From the NCBI GenBank assembly GCA_965224245.1, contig OZ245046.1:5504001-5568000 (forward strand): a stretch of 64,000 nucleotides of DNA, in the 5' to 3' direction. Every line of letters starts with the position of its first letter. The stretch's first letter is position 1. Made by a program: the position numbers and the translations under genes. The notes below the pieces were generated by a model. It worked only from the letters and a program-made list of their open reading frames with translations, searched no databases and was not told the origin of the DNA. Shown here piece after piece: positions 8,703-16,870 of this stretch. The stretch comes from Candidatus Eiseniibacteriota bacterium (GTDB lineage Bacteria; Eisenbacteria; RBG-16-71-46; CAZAMP01).

Positions 8703-11003
8703 ATGCACGGACTCTCGTCGCACTCGCTTCGGGCCGCGCTGGCGTTTCTCGCCGTCCTGCCGGCCACATCCCCGGCGCGAACCTGGTACGTCACCGAGGA
8801 CGGTCTCGGTGACGCTCCCACGATCCAGGCCGCCATCGACTCCGCCGCGACCGGCGACACGATCCGGGTCGGACCCGGCACCTACGACGACTTCGTCTAC
8901 CTCTACAAGGGCGGCGTCCGGCTCCTGAGCGAGGAAGGGGCCGAGAGCACCATTCTCGCCCGGGCGCTCGACGTGTATCCGACCACGCAGGAGCCGATCG
9001 AGATCTCGGGCTTCACGGCCACGGGGAGGCAGTCCCCGGACGGATGGCCGGGCATCTACGTGTACGGCGGCGTCGTGCATCTGCACCACTGCGTCAGCCG
9101 GGGAAACTACGGGAACTTCACGACCGGTGGGATCATCGCCCGGGCCGAAGACCCGGGTGACGAGATCACGATCGAGCACACGCAGGTCTACGACAACGGG
9201 TGGTCGAGCGCCAGCGTGTGGGTGGCCGGCAACGTGCTCTTCGCCCGGAACACGGTTCGTGGCGACGACACGCACAGCATGCGCGTTCTCCCGTCGTCGT
9301 TCGGCGCGCCCGAGATCACGCTCAACATCCTCGCCAACGGTCATCCTGACGGCGGTCCGTTCGACTGCGGCTCCACGTTCGAGGGCGCCGTCGTCACGTG
9401 CAACCTGTTCGGCCCGCCCATGAACCCCGATCGGGACTGCATGGCGGGTCCCGAGAACGGCTTCTTCGCCGATCCGTACTTCTGCGGTCCGATGGCCCGG
9501 AACTACTCCCTGCGGGCCGACTCCCCCGCCCTCGCGAAGCACCATCCGGACGGATACGAGGCGTGCGATGACATCGGCGCGCTCGGCATCGGCTGCCCGG
9601 GCGACGAGGACGGTATCCACGTGGTCGACCCGAGCGGCGCCGGCGACTTCGAGTCGATCGGTGCCGCGGTCGACTACGCCCTGCCGGGCGACACGATCCT
9701 CCTCCGTGACGGCACCTTCACCGGGCCGGGCAACCGAAACCTCGTCGTCGACGAACCGGTCACGATCCGGAGCGAGTCGGGCGATCCGTCCCGGTGCATC
9801 GTCGACTGCGAGGGCACACCGTCGGAGGATCGGTGGGGCTTCTCGTTCCGCGCGCCCATCGTCTTCGAGGGGATCACCGTGCGCAACGCGCTGGTGAAGA
9901 GCCTCACCGGCGGCGGCGCCATCCGCGTCGGCGGCAACTCGGCCGACGGCACCGTGATCCGGCGAGCCCGGTTCGAGGACAACGAGAGCTGGCTGGGCGC
10001 GGCGATCTACGCGGTCCGGAACGGATCCGGCGAGCGCCCGCACGTCACGATCGACGACTGCGTGTTCGAGAGCAACGAAGGCGACATCGCCTCCGGTGGA
10101 ATCGACTTCTTCCAGTTCGACGCCGTGGTCACCGGCTGCCGCTTCACGGGCAACTCCGCGGGGCGGGCCGCCGCGATCGACAGCGAGACGTCCTCGGTCC
10201 TGATCGAGGACTCCGTGTTCGCGGACAACGCCGCCGGCGACTACGGAGGGGCGATCGCCGTTTCTCGGGGCGATCTGACCGCGCGCCGCTGCGTCTTTCG
10301 CCGCAACGACGCCGCGCTCGGCGGTGCGCTGCACGGCGCGGGGGATGCCGTGATCACATTCGAGAACGTCACGCTGGCCGCCAACGCGGCGGCGTCGGCG
10401 TCGGCGTGCGCGCTCGCGGACGCCTCGCTCCGGTTCGATCGCGGAATCGCCTGGGACGGCTGCGCCGGAGACCGCAGCGAGTTCCAGGTTCGGGGCGGCG
10501 CAGCGCTCGAGATCGTGTGCTCGGATCTGGATCCCAAGGGAATCGTGTTCGACCCGCTGTCCACGGTGTCGGTCGACGAGACGAGCTTCACCGCCGACCC
10601 GCGCTTCTGTGTCGCCGCGGTCTGCTCCGGCGTGACCCCGGCGCCCCCGGACCTTGGGCTTCGCGCCGATTCGCCCTGTCTGGCCGAGGCGAGTCCGTGC
10701 GGCGCGCTCGTCGGCGCCCGCGGCGCGTGCATCGCCATCTCCGATGGACGACGGCCCCGCGCGGGGATCGCCTGGCCGTCCCCGTTCCGGGCATCGGTCA
10801 GGATCGCCGGCACCACGCCGCGCGCCGCCGTGCGCGTGTTCGACGCACAGGGTCGCCTCGTGCGCGTGGTCATCGCGGGAGCCGACGGAGTGGCCCGATG
10901 GGACGGCACGGTGACGTCCGGCTCCGTGGTCGGAGCGGGCGTGTACTTCGCGCGCGACACCGGGTCGGCGAGGACGTGGCGGCTGATCCGGGCGGGACAC
11001 TAG
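8703..11003 (+). CDS. Secreted right-handed beta-helix (pectin-lyase-like) repeat protein, two modules, with C-terminal FlgD-Ig/T9SS-like domain
   Basis: Signal peptide; TIQAAIDSAATGDTIRVGPGTY and SIGAAVDYALPGDTILLRDGTF; GGAI/FxxN repeats; tail WPSPF...VFDAQGRLVR...WDG...GVYFAR. Confidence 0.85.
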   Translation: MHGLSSHSLRAALAFLAVLPATSPARTWYVTEDGLGDAPTIQAAIDSAATGDTIRVGPGTYDDFVYLYKGGVRLLSEEGAESTILARALDVYPTTQEPIEISGFTATGRQSPDGWPGIYVYGGVVHLHHCVSRGNYGNFTTGGIIARAEDPGDEITIEHTQVYDNGWSSASVWVAGNVLFARNTVRGDDTHSMRVLPSSFGAPEITLNILANGHPDGGPFDCGSTFEGAVVTCNLFGPPMNPDRDCMAGPENGFFADPYFCGPMARNYSLRADSPALAKHHPDGYEACDDIGALGIGCPGDEDGIHVVDPSGAGDFESIGAAVDYALPGDTILLRDGTFTGPGNRNLVVDEPVTIRSESGDPSRCIVDCEGTPSEDRWGFSFRAPIVFEGITVRNALVKSLTGGGAIRVGGNSADGTVIRRARFEDNESWLGAAIYAVRNGSGERPHVTIDDCVFESNEGDIASGGIDFFQFDAVVTGCRFTGNSAGRAAAIDSETSSVLIEDSVFADNAAGDYGGAIAVSRGDLTARRCVFRRNDAALGGALHGAGDAVITFENVTLAANAAASASACALADASLRFDRGIAWDGCAGDRSEFQVRGGAALEIVCSDLDPKGIVFDPLSTVSVDETSFTADPRFCVAAVCSGVTPAPPDLGLRADSPCLAEASPCGALVGARGACIAISDGRRPRAGIAWPSPFRASVRIAGTTPRAAVRVFDAQGRLVRVVIAGADGVARWDGTVTSGSVVGAGVYFARDTGSARTWRLIRAGH

Positions 11004-11040
11004 TGCCCGGCGCGACCGACCGAACGCCGGGCGGCGTCGC

Positions 11041-11772
11041 TCAGAACGTGAGCACGACGCCCAGCTCGTAGGTCGTGATGTCGGTCTCGCTCTCGGACGC
11101 GTCGAACACCGGAACGTCGTTCACGATCGCGATGTCGCCCTCGGTCAGGTACTCCGCGTTCGTTCCCTCGAGGTGGGACACCTTGAAGTCGAGGGACACG
11201 CTCGGAGACTTCTCCGCGGGGTCGCCCTGGTGGACCTGGACGAGGAGACCGCCCCCGCCGCCCCAGAACGAGGCGAAGTCGTCGTAGTTCGTCTCGCGCG
11301 CGATCTGGTCGTCGTCGAAGAAGTCCTTGTCCTCGAGCTTCGACTCGGTCCACAGGTAGCGGAAGCCCACCCGGCCCTCGACGTAGGGCTGGACGATCCC
11401 GGGCACCGCGCGCCACTGGAGGAACAGGCCGACCCCGGCCAGGTTGTTGTTCGTGACCAGGTCGAAGTCCTCGACCAGGGGCAGACGGTAGGTCCGCTTC
11501 TCGCTGCCGTAGATCATGAAGTCGCCGCCGAAGCCGATCGTCAGCGGCGGGACGGGGCGAAACCCGTAGTGCGCGGCCAGACCGAAGCCCGGGTTGTCCA
11601 CCGCATCCCCGAACTCACCGGTCGGAGTACCCAGGAGGAGCCGGATGCCCACCTCGTGGCCGAGCGGTGCCGCGCCCGCACCGCTCCGCGCTCGAGCGTC
11701 AACCGGAAACGTGACGATGAGCAGCGTCAGCGCCGCGGCGATGACGGCGCGCACATACTCGGGCGTCTTCAT
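11041..11772 (-). CDS. Outer-membrane beta-barrel protein (small, OmpA/OmpW-like)
   Basis: Signal peptide, alternating beta-strand pattern, C-terminal YELGVVLTF BAM signal. Confidence 0.8.
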   Translation of the reverse strand: MKTPEYVRAVIAAALTLLIVTFPVDARARSGAGAAPLGHEVGIRLLLGTPTGEFGDAVDNPGFGLAAHYGFRPVPPLTIGFGGDFMIYGSEKRTYRLPLVEDFDLVTNNNLAGVGLFLQWRAVPGIVQPYVEGRVGFRYLWTESKLEDKDFFDDDQIARETNYDDFASFWGGGGGLLVQVHQGDPAEKSPSVSLDFKVSHLEGTNAEYLTEGDIAIVNDVPVFDASESETDITTYELGVVLTF

Positions 11773-11833
11773 TGGTCGTGCCTCCATGGGGAACGGACGG
11801 GTGTCGTGTTGGACGAGCCTCCGGGGGGACGTA

Positions 11834-11849
11834 TGCACTCTTCGTGCCA
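11834..11849 (-). promoter_or_regulatory. sigma-54 (-24/-12) promoter for the beta-barrel gene
   Basis: Minus strand TGGCACGAAGAGTGCA, near-consensus GG-N10-GC, about 60 nt upstream of ATG 11772. Confidence 0.72.
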
Positions 11850-12162
11850 CCGCGGGTTTCTCCGAGGAGGATCGCACCACGCGAGGATCGCGCGAGAAGT
11901 GTGGCACGTGAGCGTGACCCATCCTCACACCTGTGACGACGGTGCGTCAATGCACGCCGTCGACGGCACCGTGGTCGCGGCCGGAAGCGTGCCGTGGTCC
12001 GATCACGAGCCTCCGCATCCGTCGGGTCTCACCCCGACGCGAACGATCGACCCGTCGGTGGTCCGGATGTGCGACAATGTCGCGGGGCCAGCTCCTCTCC
12101 TCGGCACCTCCATCCGATGCCCAGTCGCCCGCAATGCTCGCCAGTCACATTGGAGGTCTCTC

Positions 12163-14007
12163 ATGCGATGCCCCTGGATTGTCTGTGCGCTGTCGATGAC
12201 CACGGCGGTCGCCACGATTGCCTGCGACCTCGATGCAGTCGGCGATCCGATCCAGCCGTCGTCGGATCCCGCGTGGCTCGATGCACTCCGATCCTCACGG
12301 GCACCGTCGGTGGGCATACCCGGGGACGGCGATGCGATCCAGTACGCGCCCGTCGACCCGCTGCCCACCGAACGCTCGCATGGTCTCGGCGGAATGGGGG
12401 CGATGACGCAGCTCCTGATGGATCTCGATGGTGCGTTCGACACCGGGGCGCTGTGGCGGGGCGCCCTCACGTGGACCCAGGCTCATGCGATGACGCAGCC
12501 GACCGGCTACAGCTGGCCGTGGATCGAGAACGACCCGGTCTTCGGTGGACAATCCAGCGCGATCACGGCGACGGTCGCGATGGCCTTCTCCGAGGGCTTC
12601 GTACGCGACGCGACGCCGTCATACGCGCAGTATGCCAACGGCGCGCTGGACTGGGTGGCCAGTCAGGCGGTCGACCTGATGCCGATCATCGGCTCCCCCG
12701 GGTGGATCTGGATCGATCCGTACCCGGCGCCCGAGGACTTCAACCTCGGCTCCTACTCCACCGGCGCGATCGGCCGCGGTGCCGCCGACGTGTACCGGGC
12801 CACCGGGCACGCCACCGCGATGACGGTGGCCACGCAGGCCGCCGAGACGTACCGATCACTGGCCAGGGCCGACGCGACGTCCGGCGGCTGGTACTGGGGG
12901 TTCAAGGGCGGGCCCGGGGTGGTCTACACGGCGTTCTGCAACGGGGCGTCCGGCATCGCGGAGTTCCTGGTCGAGATGTCAGTCACGTTCCCGGCCACGA
13001 CGTGGTACGAGGACTATGCCCGTGGCGCCCTCGCGTGGCTCAGCTCCGTCGGCGTGGTCGACTCCACGGCAACGGTTCAGCCGGCACGCAAGTGGCCGAA
13101 GTCGGTCGACCTGTTCCCGAACACCTACCTGACTCACGCCGGGTGGGGTGCCGCCGGTGTGGGGCGCGCATTTCTGGCCGCGTACCACGCCTACGGAGAC
13201 GCCGCCTATCTCGAGGAGGCGAGGGCAGCCGGCAACTATCTCGTTTCCGAGGCCGTCGAAGCGGGCGAGGGCGTGTACTGGCCGGATCCGGCGCCCACGC
13301 CGACCAACCGCACGACGTGGTGTCGCGGCGAGCTGGGCGTGATGCAATTTCTCGGTGGCCTCTACGACGCGACGGGGGACCTGCGATACCGGTCGTCGTA
13401 CCTCGCCGCGGCGACGTGGCTGCTGAACGCGCAGGTGGCGACCGCACACGGGATGATGTTCCCGTCGGAAGAGGGAGGCGACGAGAACCTGATCGACTTC
13501 GTCTGGGGTTTCTCGGGCCTGGCGAACGAGTTCTACGAGCCGCACAAGAGCGCGGCGTCGCTCGCGCCCGCGCGAACGCTCTACGCTCGGACGTTCTCCT
13601 GGATCAACAACACGAAGATCGCCGAGGACGGCGGCTACGCGTGGCCGCACACGATCGAGGTCGTTCCCGCCGGGGGCCGCACGGCCGACGTCGATCCCGC
13701 CGTCGACACGGCGAGAAGCGGCCGCGCTCGCGAGGTCGACGGGACCATCGTCATCGACGTCCCGCGCGTCTCCTTGCAGATGGAGGATCGCCCGAATGGG
13801 CTCGAGCTGTACGACGCGGGCGGCCGCCGCGTCGTGGTTCTGGGAGCGCCGGAGTCGATCGAGTCGACCCGCGCCCGCTGGCGATGGGACGGGCGTGATG
13901 ATCGCGGACGGCTGGTCCGGCAGGGGGTCTACTTCGCGCACGTGAGCCCTGGCAACGGACCCCGGGCGCGCGATCGTGCGCCGGTGCGCGTGGTCGTGCT
14001 TCGATGA
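12163..14007 (+). CDS. Secreted LanC-like (alpha/alpha toroid) protein with FlgD-Ig-like C-terminal domain
   Basis: GGAGG RBS; repeated GxxG helix caps (FCNGASGI, GWGAAGVG, WCRGELGV, VWGFSGL) and GxxW/WP motifs; tail LYDAGGRRV...WDGRDDRGRLVRQGVYF. Confidence 0.75.
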   Translation: MRCPWIVCALSMTTAVATIACDLDAVGDPIQPSSDPAWLDALRSSRAPSVGIPGDGDAIQYAPVDPLPTERSHGLGGMGAMTQLLMDLDGAFDTGALWRGALTWTQAHAMTQPTGYSWPWIENDPVFGGQSSAITATVAMAFSEGFVRDATPSYAQYANGALDWVASQAVDLMPIIGSPGWIWIDPYPAPEDFNLGSYSTGAIGRGAADVYRATGHATAMTVATQAAETYRSLARADATSGGWYWGFKGGPGVVYTAFCNGASGIAEFLVEMSVTFPATTWYEDYARGALAWLSSVGVVDSTATVQPARKWPKSVDLFPNTYLTHAGWGAAGVGRAFLAAYHAYGDAAYLEEARAAGNYLVSEAVEAGEGVYWPDPAPTPTNRTTWCRGELGVMQFLGGLYDATGDLRYRSSYLAAATWLLNAQVATAHGMMFPSEEGGDENLIDFVWGFSGLANEFYEPHKSAASLAPARTLYARTFSWINNTKIAEDGGYAWPHTIEVVPAGGRTADVDPAVDTARSGRAREVDGTIVIDVPRVSLQMEDRPNGLELYDAGGRRVVVLGAPESIESTRARWRWDGRDDRGRLVRQGVYFAHVSPGNGPRARDRAPVRVVVLR

Positions 14008-14100
14008 CGCCACGGCACGAGTGAAGATCGGCGCCGAGCCGGTCTCGCCTGCGGGTGAGTGGCTCGGCGCCTTCTCGGTGCTGTGGCCTCGAGAATCGCC

Positions 14101-16773
14101 TCAGCGGCGAAGCAGCGTCATCGACCGCGTCACGACGTCCCGGCCGTCCACGCCCAGCCGGTAGTAGTACACGCCGCTGGTGACCGGCGTCCCCCGCGCG
14201 TCGCGGCCGTCCCATTGCACGGAGTGTGCTCCGCCCGGCTGCGCATCCGCCACGAGCGTCCGTACGCGCCGGCCCACCACGTCGAACACCGTCAGCTCGA
14301 CGCGGCCGGGTGCCGGCAGCGTGTACGTGATGTGGGCAGCGCTCCGGAACGGGTTCGGCACCGCCGGACCGAGCCTGAGGGCGACCGGCGCGGCGTCGGG
14401 AGCGGAGAGCAGCGCGCACGATCCCACGGCGCCCACGAGCTCGCCGCAGGGACTCGACGCCGGAGCACACGGAGACCCGTCGTCGATGCCGTAGTGCCCC
14501 TCGCTCGTGGGGGCCATCGCGCAGTCGCGCGGATCACAGAACAACGGATCCGCGGAGAACAGCGCACCGGCGGCCACGAACGAGCCGTCGATCACGAAGC
14601 CCGCGAGGCTCGCGTCACAGCACGCCATCGACAGGCTGGCATCGGTCTCGACCCAGACGTCGTCGGCGAGATCGCCGCAGTCGTCCCAGACGATCGTGCG
14701 CTCCACGCTGGCGTCGATCCCACCGACGAGGGCCAGCCCACCCACGGAGCCCGCGTCGCTGCCGGTGTTCGCGGTCACGGTGCATCCGAGCAGGTCGATC
14801 CGTCCGGTGCCCCACGCGCCGAGTCCGCCGACCAGAGTACCGGCATTGCCGCTCAGCACGGTATCGGTGACGAGGAGGTCCGAGTCGAGCGCCGCGATCC
14901 CGGCGACCTGCCCGCTGTTGCCGGCGATCACGCAATCCTCGATCACCAGTGCTCCGTCACGGACGTAGATGCCACCGCCGAGGCCGGTCGCCACGTTGTC
15001 GCGAACGATGCAGCCGCGCAGGGTCGCGGCCCCGCCGTGGCACACGACGCCGGCACCATCCGCGCTGCCGGCCGCCACCGGCGTGGCGCCCCCGCGGAGC
15101 GTGAGCCCCTCGATCACGGTGGCCAGCGTCTCGCCGTCGTCGAGAATGATCACCGGTGACGTCCCTTCCGCGTCGATCGTCGTCACCTGGGGACCCGACG
15201 CCGAACGGAGCACGATGCTCTTTCCGGCGAGGTCGAGGCCGACGTTGCCGGGACCGGTGTAGGTTCCCGGCAGCACCTCGATCGTGTCGCCGTTCGCGGC
15301 GGCGTCGATGGCGGACTGGATGGTCGCGTGGTCGATCGGCACCCGGATCGTCTCGGGCACGGGGACCACGACGCCGATCCGGACGTCGTCGATGTACGGT
15401 GTCTGGTTGCCGTTCAGGTCCGAGCACGGCGAGTAGCCGAAGAACTCGCAGCCGGAGAGCACCTCGATCACGACGCGGACCGAGTCCGTGCCCGCCGGAA
15501 CGTCGAGTGCCCCCGACGAGGGATAGCGCAGCGTCTCACAGTGCTCGTCTCCGAAGTAGTAGCCGGTCGGCTCGTCGGGGAAGATGGACCAGGTCGGATC
15601 CCCGGTGATCGGGCACGTCCAGGGATGGAACTCGAGCCCGACCCGGTATCCGACGCCCTGGTCGAACCCGAGGTCGTCGTAGCGATCCAGCTCGACGAAG
15701 AAGGCCTGGGCATCCTCGAACGGCGATCCCGGTCCCACGTAGGCGGCCGGCGACTGGGCGTGCTCGATCTGTCGATCCGGGTGCGCGGGGCCGGACAGGC
15801 TTCGATCCGACAGCGTCAGGACGTAGTCATTGTCCGGACGGTCGAGGACGCACCCGGATGGGATGGCGGGATCGAGGGTCGTCACGTCGGCCACGTCGAG
15901 GAAGCGGCCGGTCGCGGGCATCGAGTAGAAGACCCAGCCCTCGTCGCCGCTCAGGAAGTCGTCGTTGTCGAAGTGCGAGCCACCTTCCCCCAGGTCCACG
16001 TTGCTGACCACGATGTCGTCGAAGCCGAACGCACCGTTGACGCAGTCGAACCCGTACGCGTGCCACGCGTCGTGCTCGTCGCTGACGACCGGGTCCGAGA
16101 CGAACACGAAGCGAACCGTGAACGGCTCGCCGGCGCTCAGCACGCCGTTCTCCATCAGCGGCAGCGCGTCGCTGGCCGACTCGGTCGGCGAGCCGTGCCC
16201 GGTGCCCTCGAAGACCGAGCCGGTGTACGTCCGGAGCGTGTCGGTCGAGTACGGAGTCTCGACGATCAGGTACGTGAAGTCGAAGCCGTCCTCGCTGTCG
16301 GCGAAGTAGCGGAACTGCGTGCCCGGCGCGACCGGCTGGTCGCCGAGCGTGTAGGTCTTCTCGGCCACCTGGATCCAGAAGTTCCCGTAGCCCTGACCGC
16401 CCTGGTAGCACATCTCCCGGGCAGGGACGTTGTGGATGCCGAACCAGACCGACGCGATGCCCGAGATCACGCCATCCACCGGGTCGGCGATGAAGTCGTC
16501 TCGCGTGTCTCGACCGACGTAGGTCGGGATGTCGGACCGGTCGACGCTCGTCCAGCCCTGAACGGTCCCGTCCTCGAAGTCCCAGACGCCGTCGAGGACC
16601 GGGCTCGCGCCGCCGAGCCAGAGGGTGTCGGTCAGCGCGAAGCGGCCGCCGGGCGACGCCGGAGTCGCGAGCTCGGGAGTCCACCGGTCGACGGGACGCG
16701 CATGGGCCCCTGCGATCACGGTGACCGCGAGCAGCGCCGCGAACAGATTCTCCGGATGGGGACGACTGGACAT
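14101..16773 (-). CDS. Secreted multidomain protein: N-terminal beta-sandwich region, beta-helix module and FlgD-Ig/T9SS-like domain
   Basis: GGAGG RBS, signal peptide, TIQSAIDAAANGDTIEVLPGTY, ADPLFC...SPCGELVGA, PNPFRS...WDGRDARGTPVTSGVYYYRL. Confidence 0.85.
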   Translation of the reverse strand: MSSRPHPENLFAALLAVTVIAGAHARPVDRWTPELATPASPGGRFALTDTLWLGGASPVLDGVWDFEDGTVQGWTSVDRSDIPTYVGRDTRDDFIADPVDGVISGIASVWFGIHNVPAREMCYQGGQGYGNFWIQVAEKTYTLGDQPVAPGTQFRYFADSEDGFDFTYLIVETPYSTDTLRTYTGSVFEGTGHGSPTESASDALPLMENGVLSAGEPFTVRFVFVSDPVVSDEHDAWHAYGFDCVNGAFGFDDIVVSNVDLGEGGSHFDNDDFLSGDEGWVFYSMPATGRFLDVADVTTLDPAIPSGCVLDRPDNDYVLTLSDRSLSGPAHPDRQIEHAQSPAAYVGPGSPFEDAQAFFVELDRYDDLGFDQGVGYRVGLEFHPWTCPITGDPTWSIFPDEPTGYYFGDEHCETLRYPSSGALDVPAGTDSVRVVIEVLSGCEFFGYSPCSDLNGNQTPYIDDVRIGVVVPVPETIRVPIDHATIQSAIDAAANGDTIEVLPGTYTGPGNVGLDLAGKSIVLRSASGPQVTTIDAEGTSPVIILDDGETLATVIEGLTLRGGATPVAAGSADGAGVVCHGGAATLRGCIVRDNVATGLGGGIYVRDGALVIEDCVIAGNSGQVAGIAALDSDLLVTDTVLSGNAGTLVGGLGAWGTGRIDLLGCTVTANTGSDAGSVGGLALVGGIDASVERTIVWDDCGDLADDVWVETDASLSMACCDASLAGFVIDGSFVAAGALFSADPLFCDPRDCAMAPTSEGHYGIDDGSPCAPASSPCGELVGAVGSCALLSAPDAAPVALRLGPAVPNPFRSAAHITYTLPAPGRVELTVFDVVGRRVRTLVADAQPGGAHSVQWDGRDARGTPVTSGVYYYRLGVDGRDVVTRSMTLLRR

Positions 16774-16870
16774 CGAGGACCTCCATGTGACGAGCCGGGT
16801 GGTCGAGCCTGCGGGGCTTTCCTCGTGGTCGCGCGTCGAGCCCGGGTGTGACCGCCGGAGCGGTGGGAGG

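Noticed and set aside
12163-14007. Lanthipeptide biosynthetic cluster
   Set aside because: No dehydratase, precursor or transporter nearby; the CHG motif is absent and the protein appears exported
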